DNA from: Octopus vulgaris | Lineage: Eukaryota | Direction: 5' to 3' | Assembly: GCA_951406725.2 (NCBI GenBank) | Contig: OX597825.1 | Location: 52,948,001 to 53,012,000 of the forward strand | DNA length: 64,000 nucleotides | Part shown: in pieces, positions 53,931 to 64,000 of the stretch | How the letters are laid out: the number at the start of each line of letters is the position of its first letter | Numbering within the stretch: the stretch's first letter is position 1 | Position numbers and translations under genes: made by a program | Notes under the pieces: model-generated | The model's input: the letters and a program-made list of their open reading frames with translations, nothing else | What the model was told of the DNA's origin: nothing | The model's database searches: none

Positions 53931-54895
53931 TCACTCTACTTGTTTTGTATTAAGTTCTTGCAAAGGAATCTGGAATCTACCCAACTAAAAGCATATGGAT
54001 TTAATTTTCAGTTTCAGGGTAACCCTATGTCCCAATGTCACAAGGGAAAGGGTTCAAGCAGTTTTCCTGTTGAAGTTCGTCTCCAAACCTTGTTAAGTCC
54101 CAGCTTTATTTCCGAACTGGTCTATATGCGGTCATACTGATTTATGGTTTGGTTATATAGCCCAAACCTACCAGCTGTGGCTCCCTCACTTCCTACCCTT
54201 TCAACACTAATGAGGCAGTTGGTGCAATAGTAAGGAATTAATAACAGTAATTAAATAATATGGTAAATTCTTGCAAAACTATGGAAGGAAATAACTTAAT
54301 AAAATTCAAAACAGTAACAATTAATTTTACAATTTATTCGAAAATGCAATTACAACTTTTTGCTTTAATTAATTTAACGAAATTAATCAACCTAATCTGG
54401 CGATATCAGCTTTCCTCCAAGTCTGGTGTATATTCAGTAACGTTCTTCAATATCACATTTAGTAACTATTTCACTGTGGTTTAATTAGTGTAACGTAATG
54501 ATGTTGAGCTAGTTGTATCAGCTTGCCAAAGTCCACTAGTGGTGTTGCATGACTCTGGGAATTTCCTACGATAGATTGATCTGTTATTTGGGCAGACGAC
54601 GTGACTACACACTTATACTACTAGCCAAAGAAACGAGCTGTATGTGAGTGCGCAAATCGCTAGAAATAGCAACCAAGTCAAACTCAAATCAGACTCAAAT
54701 CTTAACTATTGGATAACATACTTCTAGGCACCTCTTACACTAAGGGATGGCCACATTTGAAACGCTTTCAATCATAAAATTTGAAATATAATGTCGCTCT
54801 GATTTTGACTGTTGCTAACCTATTAGAGTTAACACAGGCATAGAAATCCCATATTTTTATTGTCATTATATAATTTATAATACATTATGCGATAT

Positions 54896-55048
54896 GTTTT
54901 CTATTCTAGGCACAAGGCCCGAAATTTTGGGGGATAGGGCCAGACGATTATGTTTTGACCCCGAAAGGATGAAAGACAAAGTCGACTTCGGTGGAATTTG
55001 AACTCAGAAGGAAATGCTGCTTAGCATTTCGCCCGGCGAGCTAACGTT
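54896..55048 (-). mobile_element. SINE family B with perfect 15-bp TSD
   Basis: Flanked by tacattatgcgatat at 54881-54895 and 55049-55063. Confidence 0.9.
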
Positions 55049-55850
55049 TACATTATGCGATATATTACTTTGCTTCCTAAAATGGTAAAATGTAATTTGA
55101 ACTAGATATGTTTACTAATTCTGACATATCTTGTGACTTCGTGTATGCACTATAGTGGGTTAGCTCTTGGACAACGAAGCAACACTCATATTCTTATGGA
55201 AATTTTGCTTCAGCATGTTCGTATTTTCTCTATAAAATACCTTCTGTTTTGTAGGAAAATTTTGATGTTTGGGTCCCGCTGATATTCCAGTTTCTAAATC
55301 TAACTTGGTACAGTACAGAAAATCAATAAACATGAACAAAGTAGTAAAGCCCAGCTTGCAGAGTTTTTATACCATTCAAGACAGAATTTCGTGCTAATTT
55401 CCCTCCAGATCTAGCTATAAAGTATTAGATATTTGTACCAACTTTGCTCTATAGTGTGGAAGCTAAGCACTTTTTACCACAGCCAGAATTTTGGCCCCTG
55501 AAAGTTGAGGAACTTAAGGACCAGATGAAGTAAATCGAGGCTAGCATTTACATTGCTATACACAGAGCGGCAACAGTCTCATAATTGGTCTTGTATAATG
55601 CATATTTTACTTGATTTTTTTCTAAACACAACCAATAAATTACAAAGCAATTCCTTAGATTTACTGACTGAAATTTGGTAACATTAAATAAAGGAACCAA
55701 TAAAATGCTATGAGATTTTTTTTTGTATTGATTAAACCTTTAGCACCTAAGTTAAAAGTCAAGCCATTTAACCGTTCAACATTTCGTACCGCCATTATAT
55801 GAATTTTAAAACAATGTTTAACCTTGTACATGATAATAGAATGAACAGAA

Positions 55851-55920
<70 letters not shown>

Positions 55921-55932
55921 TTAATGTTATTT

Positions 55933-56013
<81 letters not shown>

Positions 56014-56155
56014 TTATTATTATTAGTTATTGTTGTTGTCGTCATAACCGTCGTGGCTGTAACTAGTGTTGTTGCGATTGTTACATAAAATTTCATTACT
56101 TCATATTTGGCCAATCAAATTATTGATGTAAAGATTTTTCTGAAATACATATATA

Positions 56156-56245
<90 letters not shown>

Positions 56246-57417
56246 CTCATACATGTATATGCATGTATATGCATGTATATTTGTATGTGTATGCATATAT
56301 TTATATTTGCATATATGTGTGTATTACATATACCTATATCTACACAAATACACACACACACATACGCATGCACACACAATTATATATTACATTTGAAGAG
56401 AGAAGGAAAGGGAAACAGGGAAATCTATAAGATTGATCGGTTCTGATCAATTTATACGCTATTCAAGATCCACTGTAAAAGCCACAAATCCTCAAATAGT
56501 CACTTTTTTTACTGTAATTTAGGTGACTGAGGGTGATTCCTACGCCACCATATATTATTTTCACATTTAAATCTTGGCAACGTAAGAGAGAATAAAGAAA
56601 GAGCATTAAATCACCATTGTACACATACATGCAAATACACCCACTCACGTACAAGACAGTCATACAAACTGACACGCACATACACACCTATGTTGAAGCA
56701 AAAAATAATTCAAGGAAAAAGATGAATGGCTCATCATATATTCCATACCTCGATACTTCATTGATTCTAAATTACTGTTGCTTCAAAACATTATCGATTC
56801 ACCTCTGCTTGTTCCCCTTTATTATGGGAGTCTATTACAAACAATAGCCTGCTTCAATAACTCTGATTATCGGCTGTCAAGAATATATTCAAAATGTTTT
56901 AGATTGGAAAACTTTAATTTCATTTTTTAAAAAAAAAACTCAGTTTTTATAGGGCATTCTCCTCCGATCAAATGAAATTCATAAAAATAACTTGCAATCA
57001 ATATTGAAGACCAAAAGAGAAGAATTGATGGTGGACATTTGAAATTTTCAGTCAGCCATTTTAAATGAAGAGAAAAAGATAAAAGATAATTCGAAAAGAT
57101 ACTACAAATAACTTTTAAGAGGTCAAATTTTGTAGCCACTCACTTATATCATAACCTTTTCATATATATGTGTAGGTGCATGTGTGTGGGTGTGTGTGTA
57201 TATAAATATATATATACATATATTTACACATACATGTGTGCATGTATGTGAACGCATGTATTTGATATGCTATATATATATATATATATATATACATAAG
57301 TAGGTGAATGAATTATCCTATGTTTATCGTCAGCATGCTGTCTTCGAAACATGTGTCGAGAGTAAAGGAATTTTGTTAACATCTTCGTTCGACTCCATTC
57401 TTTCATTTATTCATATA

Positions 57418-57491
<74 letters not shown>

Positions 57492-57990
57492 GTATGTATA
57501 TATACACGTAGGTAAGCAAAGAAGCTTATAAATAATACAATCTTCAATATCTGTATATACAATCGCTTTGTATGCACGCATTTCTGTGTATATACACACA
57601 TATACAAGCATGTACACACACACACACTCACACAAATAGACACACACACTGAGTTGAAAGGCAAAATATTTGCTGTGTGATTAGAGAAGTGACAGCCACA
57701 CCTGTGTCACTATGTGTCAAGAACAAAAGCAAAGTTCGAAGTTTAATGTAGGTCAAAAGAATGTGAACATTGCCAGATAACAGAATAGGTTACTGTACCA
57801 TATAAGGGGTTAGTGACGCCCAAGTGTGCCGACATTTTAGTGATCAACAGTCGACAGCTAATGTAGGAAATATTCTTCAGTGTATGCTGTATTGCATAAA
57901 AGTAGAAATCGAAAACACAAAAAAGATAAAAAGGGATTAAAAAAGTACCCAAAACAAACTAACCGCTAACATATAGCCAAAAGATATGTA

Positions 57991-58205
57991 AGCGGTGGTG
58001 CTGAAAAGTTTCTGGCTTTGAGAGTAGCGCGATAGGTCTGGTTGGAGGCCCAAGCTTCCGAGTTCTTTTACATAGCTTAGAAAAACTAAAGGACCGCTGC
58101 AATAAATGCGTGAATCTCAGAAGCGAATATGTTGAATAAAATGATAATTAACTGATCCTCCTGTATTTTCTTTTACCCCAAACCAGGAAATTTTCAGCAA
58201 TACTT
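57991..58205 (+). mobile_element. Mariner-derived MITE
   Basis: TIRs tgctgaaaagtttctggcttt / aaaccaggaaattttcagca, TA-flanked; internal LEKLKDRCNKCVNLRSEYVE* matches a mariner C-terminus. Confidence 0.8.
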
Positions 58206-61103
58206 ATATATGCGATCAATTTATATATACTTATATATACATGTCACAGTGAAGAAATAACACTCAGTTGTTATGATGGACGAGGTCTACTCAAGGCAAC
58301 AGTTCTATAACAGGATTACACGATCTCTGTTTATGTCACCCACAAAGTCGGTGATAGAATCAATCAATGACACTTTCACAGTGCGTGGTACCAGGCCACG
58401 GTGCCAGAGTAGTTGCAGTAGTCCGAAAGCTTTCAGGTCAGAAAGTTATGAGACCACATATTATTGGAGGGCCACATGATCATGTACTGGAGTGTCACAT
58501 CACGATGTTTCTGAGTCTTGCTGGACATAGCACAGTCATAACTTGCCTTCTCTTCATTTGGTAGATCTTAACCAGTTGTCATCGTGTACAATACTCTTGG
58601 TTGTTGGCTTCTTGATCAGTTTGTCGATTGATCTCCTCGACTGTTGAAGCTGCCAGTAAAGATACCTCGAATAAGTTTGATTAATTTGACCGTTCTCATA
58701 ATATCTAGCCAACTTCTTTTCTTTGGTCATAGAAAATACAGGGATATCCAGGCATATTCCCGCTCAGAATCCGGTCACGTTCAAGACGAAGAGATCTCAC
58801 ATTAACGGTGGTTGGCGTTTAGAGCATGAAATCGTCTTTAATTTGTTACTAGTCAGAATTCAATATTCAAAAAGACTGCAAAGTTTTCTCTTCTTGTATC
58901 ATCTCAAATGCGATTCTGGTTTTATTTCATTAGCTACGTGTAAGCACCTCTGAAGCTGCATTTATACTTTGGAAAATGAAATGCACACCATAACAACGTT
59001 GCTTTTGATTGATATCAAGAACGAAGCTAAAAACTTTGCAGCGACGCCCCAATTTGCCAACCATTATAAAAGTTGTGGTTCTAAAGTAACTTTATAAAAC
59101 CTAACGTAGTAAGTGAGCACAACTTGACAGCGTAAACTCTATTTACAGAGTGACTTAGTAGGCTGTCGTCAAATGAGCGTCAGCTGCGCGGGCAGCTCTG
59201 CTGAAAGGCACAGGATATGTCGACCTGGAAATGCGGAGTGTATAAGTTTTCTGATAACATGTTGTATGTGCTTTTGTACGTGATCCTCTCTGGAAGCGAA
59301 ATGAAGGTGGCTTTAGTGCGCAGACGCAGAAGTGAAGGAGGCGAAGATAAGGAAAGAAAATAGTAACGAGAGAGAGAGAAAGAGTGCGTGTTTGTGTGTG
59401 TGTGTGTGTGTGTGTTAGTGTGAGTGTGTGTGTGTGTATGTGAGTGTGAGTATGTGAAAGGTTTATTAGAGAGAAATTTAGAAAGAAAAGAAGTACCGAT
59501 GAGATGTGAAAAAATCAGTGAAAAAGACAATACAGGCGGTTAAACAGATTACACCATCCCCACCTCAAATACAGAATTATACACATTTGTCAATTGATTT
59601 CCAACAGCACACAAACACACACATGGATGCAAATCTGTATACATACATTTTAAAAGAAAGGATTCCGTAACCATTTAATGAATAGCTGGTTTAGTAAGGA
59701 AGCCGAGGGAGCCATATTTATATTCGGGTTGTTTTGCTTATGAAATACTTGTTTATATTTCAGAAAAATGTTGTTTGATCAGTGCCATTTGATGCTGATG
59801 TATGTGCCATGAAGGAATTGCATTATATAAACATATTATTACTTTAGAAAGTCAAAATAGTGATTCAAATTTTCTATATGACTCATGAAATTCAGCAACG
59901 ATATTGTAAATAAAGATAAAGGCAAGGATGTATCTTAAAGAATCAAATAAAGTTAGCATTAAATCAGCAACAATATTTCCAATAATGAAAAATACAAAAA
60001 AGTAAAAGGGAAAAAAATAAGACTAGAAAAGCAATAGCTTGTTATATAACTTATCAAGTCATCGCTTCGTTATTGTTAGAAAAAAGATTTTTTTAAATTA
60101 CATTTCAGAATTTACTGTTCCATTCAAAATTGAGTTGAGCCTTTCATGAAAGTAGTGGAGTTTAATTGAAAAATAAACTTAATCCACAGTAAATACGACT
60201 GAATATACCATAATGGTTAAAATATTAAACACACTGAACACTGATATACTATCTTAGTAAAAGTTGTAATTAACCTGATAACGGACAGATTCAACGACTA
60301 TTGAAGAGGTTGCATGAAGCAACGAACATTCTAGAAAAAATAAAAAAATAAATGAGTGGAAATCAAACCGGTGAGTGTGTTAATTAATAAGGTATTAAAA
60401 CAGAATGGACTCCCTAGACACAATAAAATATAATTAATCAAATTTTATTTTATTTCATTAACTGATATAAAGTCAAACATTTCATGTGGAATGTTACAGA
60501 TTAAGTTAGCAAAGTAGCGTCGCTATGGATTCCTTTTAAATTTCTTCTTTGTGCATAAGAATAAATCAAAAAGTTTATGTGAAGAGCTGGATATTTGTGT
60601 TTTTAGGAATGTATTCTTTACATGAGAGAATTTCTTTGATACTGTCTCGGAGAAACAGATCTTTAACGCTTCATGTAAACATTTCACATTTAAATTCTTA
60701 ACATTGTGCAGAGAACAGTATGATTGATCATATCCGATGCAAGAGAATGGTCTTTCTATCAATACCTAAAGTAATGGTAATTAGATATTATATTCCTTCT
60801 TCAGTGTGTAAGTAGAAGCACGCCCTAAGACCAAGTTACACCCAAGAGTTTTAGTTGTTGTACCAGATTATTAAGGTGGTAACTATGTATCGCGGGCAAC
60901 CTTCAGGCTGCAGAACTACGTGGTTTTGTGAATTAGAACATCAATTCCTTTCTTTTAGAAATAAACGCTGCAAGTTCAAATGAAATCGAAGTTAATTTAA
61001 ATATTCAAGAATACGGTGAAAGAATACAGAACTGGAATTAGGAAAATGTATTCTGATTCCTCTTAAATTCTACAATTATATCAAATTTATAGTATCTTTA
61101 ATA

Positions 61104-61292
61104 CAGTTCTATATTTAAGAGATGACGAATCATGTATGTTATTCACATTATTTACATTATTTACATTTGACGGATATTTGTCGTCATCTTGTTTGTTGTT
61201 AACACAACGTTTCGGCTGATACATCCTCCAGCCTTTATCAGGTGACTTAGGGAAATTTTGAACCTGGGTTCTCATTCCTAAGGTTTTTTCCA

Positions 61293-61358
<66 letters not shown>

Positions 61359-61372
61359 CATTATTATTATTA

Positions 61373-61450
<78 letters not shown>

Positions 61451-61597
61451 TCACTGCTTGGAATCGAACTCGGAATCTTGGGGTTAATAGCCCCAAGACA
61501 CTGGATGAAGGCTGGAGGGTATATCAGCCGAAACGTTGTGTTAACAGAAAACAAGATGAGGACAAACATCCGTCAAAAGTTAGTAATGTAAATAATG
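61104..61597 (-). mobile_element. tRNA-headed, hammerhead-tailed short retroelement with inverted tail duplication
   Basis: Minus strand: tRNA anticodon arm and B box (61447-61493), (AAT)n, then a tail with an HHR at 61202-61245; 61491-61597(+) is an inverted copy of the tail with a second HHR. Confidence 0.75.
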
Positions 61598-62845
61598 AGC
61601 ATCTTCAATAATTCTGTAGCTTAAGACTAAAACTTTAAAAAATGATGTTTAGGCATCACTGCCTCATTTTCGGGAAGCAGAAGATATGTTATATAACCTT
61701 AAAATTAATAGCAGGGTACGTCAGTCTCCATAAAGATGACATGGAAGAAATTAGCCCGTCAAATCAGAGAGCCATTCATTTGAATTTGTTTCAAAGGCAA
61801 TATAATTGAAAGAAACAGAAAACGCTCTTAAAAGAGTTAACTGGAAACTGGAAACAATTAGCAAATTAATATTATTAAATCTCAAAAAGCGACAAAAATT
61901 TTTTTTCGAAAACGAATACGTAATATATCATATGTATATGTTTGTTTAAATACACGCAATATGCTGATCATATTAAAAAGGTTATGCAGGGGAGGAGAAA
62001 GTTTGAGGAAGTGGGAAAAGGAATGCTGCCCATCATATCTGCAGAACATTCAAGATGTATTTGAGAATGAACTTGAATATCTGAAGTTCAACATTTGTTA
62101 AGGAGGATATAAAAAAACCATGGGCTGGGATGCAGCTGGATGTAATGGGCCTAACGCAGATGCTTACATGTGAGCAAACCATGTTACAGACACCCAGATA
62201 CCAGATGAATGTAGTAATCTGGAAGTCGTGATAAACCTTCCTCTATTAGGTGGAAGTGTCAATGTATCTCAACTAAGTGTCCCATTTTACTCTGAAAATA
62301 CTTGAAACAAATATGGTGGTTGTTGGTCTAACAATTTTTATGTATATGAATTTATATTTATAGGTTAAAAAAAATTATGAACAAAAAATAAATCAATAAA
62401 ACGATGGATAAATCGAACTCACAGTATACAGGCAGGAAAATAATTTAGTTCATTCGTCTCGGGAGTTTCACAGAATTTACCGTTTTTCTCTAAGATGTAT
62501 TGACTAAATGATTTAATGATTCACAGTAAAGCCACACGTGAGATACAAATTAGGTGCTTAGCAGCCATCCCCAATGAAATATTCCTGGAGGTCAGTCCTG
62601 CTAAATTGACTCGATTAAGAATATCTTTATCTATAGACATCGTTTAACACGATGTTTTGATGTTGCTTTGAAGATTGCAGCCATGATCCATTAATATCCA
62701 TAAAAATTACAGTAAACTGGATTATATCCATGCAATTATACAGTGTCATTGTGATTTTATCAAATAGGTTATTGATTAGGTTGTGCTGTAAACCTATATG
62801 AATGAGAATATAAGAGATGAGACAGAGATAGATAGATAGGTTGAA

Positions 62846-62876
<31 letters not shown>

Positions 62877-63124
62877 GGGAGAGAGAGAGAGAGAGAGAGA
62901 GAAAGAATCATTCTCTCTGTGTTGGTTAATACTGATAGGAGCAAAATCAATTATGCCATTGTTAGCTTATAACAACCAGTTGTCACCAGATGGTTAAGTG
63001 GTAGTTAATGGTTGTAATAGCTGTAGGAAATAGCAGAAATATTTCAACAATGACTTTTGCTTAGCAAAGCGGTTCTCTTTCTCCATGGTACATGTATTCT
63101 ATATAACACACATACATCACAGAG

Positions 63125-63345
63125 TAGGTGGCAAGCAGGCAGAATAGTTATCATGCCGGGAAAAATACTTGGTTGCATTACGGTTTTATGTTCTAAGTTC
63201 AAATTCCGCCGAGGCCGACTTTGCATTTCATCCTGTCGGGGTCGATAAAATAAATACCAGTTGCGCAGTGGGGCTGATGTAATCGACATAGCTCCTTTCC
63301 CAAAGCTGGTCTTCTGCTAAAATTTGAAGCCACCATTATGAATAC
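63125..63345 (+). mobile_element. SINE family B
   Basis: gttcaaattccgccgaggccgactttgcatttcatcctgtcggggtcgataaaataaataccagttg. Confidence 0.85.
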
Positions 63346-64000
63346 GACAACAACAACAGCAACAACAACATCTGTAGCAACAATAGTAAATCAGTAAATC
63401 CGAAACAACCTCAAAACCAGAACTATTTTTGCTACTGTACAGAAAACGTGGGTTAATATGGCGTTGGAAAACAACCCAGACTTTAACGTGAGGCAACGAC
63501 ACTGCTTAACCAGGACGGATATGGACGTATTTCTCCAGGAAAAAAAAAATAAAAAGGGCGCTCATCTACAAATGTATCAACAATAAAAGTTGAAGGGTTG
63601 AAAACCCAACTCTAGCACGAGCAGAGGAAGCTTCAAGGAGCAGTAAGAATCAGTGTGGAATCTAAGAAAAAGAAAACTGTTTGGAAGCATAGTAGTTCTC
63701 TTCGCTAACAAACAAGAACCTATAAAAGTAGTCACAGTTACTTGCCTCTCTGACAAATATGTCCTCATATCGTCTTATTTAGGAAAACTTTTCATGTAAG
63801 GTGACACTGAATATGCTTCCCGAAATTACCTCAACTACTTTCGAATGATGGAGGAGTACGGAGAGATTATGAATATGAAAGCTGCCTTGCACAAAAAGTG
63901 GGCCGAATTATAAGTTAAGTGTTTCAAATGCAGCTTACTCAAGAAGATTTACAAAAGCAGATTTTCCTGGAGTACGGAAGACTACAATCATCTCATACAA

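Noticed and set aside
60523-60762. ORF beginning IERPFSC as a C2H2 zinc-finger exon
   Set aside because: No CxxC…HxxxH spacing follows.
63450-64000. Possible Tx1/L1 ORF1 remnant
   Set aside because: Only a vague resemblance and many stops; cannot be supported without a search.

Overview
AT-rich, microsatellite-saturated metazoan DNA. The repeat repertoire (tRNA-derived SINEs including CORE-type, R4/Dong- and RTE-clade LINE debris, Penelope-like elements, mariner, Helitron) fits a coleoid cephalopod, probably Octopus; this is an inference from repeat recognition. I found no intact host protein-coding gene, and almost all listed ORFs are translated microsatellites or decayed transposons. The main unexplained structure is a dense set of type I hammerhead-ribozyme (HHR) motifs, about 12 full or near-full plus 4 half motifs. 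Most sit in Penelope-like pseudo-LTRs arranged as inverted or tandem copies next to (TA)n tracts. One element (61104-61597) joins a tRNA-derived Pol III head to an HHR tail and carries a Penelope-style inverted 5' duplication, so it may be a ribozyme-bearing SINE mobilised by Penelope. Other notable items: a ~130-nt hairpin with strand-biased G-U pairs (41257-41387), a decayed histone H4 5' fragment (36057-36176), two complementary halves of one mariner family 40 kb apart, stacked microsatellite-targeting LINEs, and SINEs with shuffled modules. All alignments and folds were done by eye, and element boundaries are approximate.
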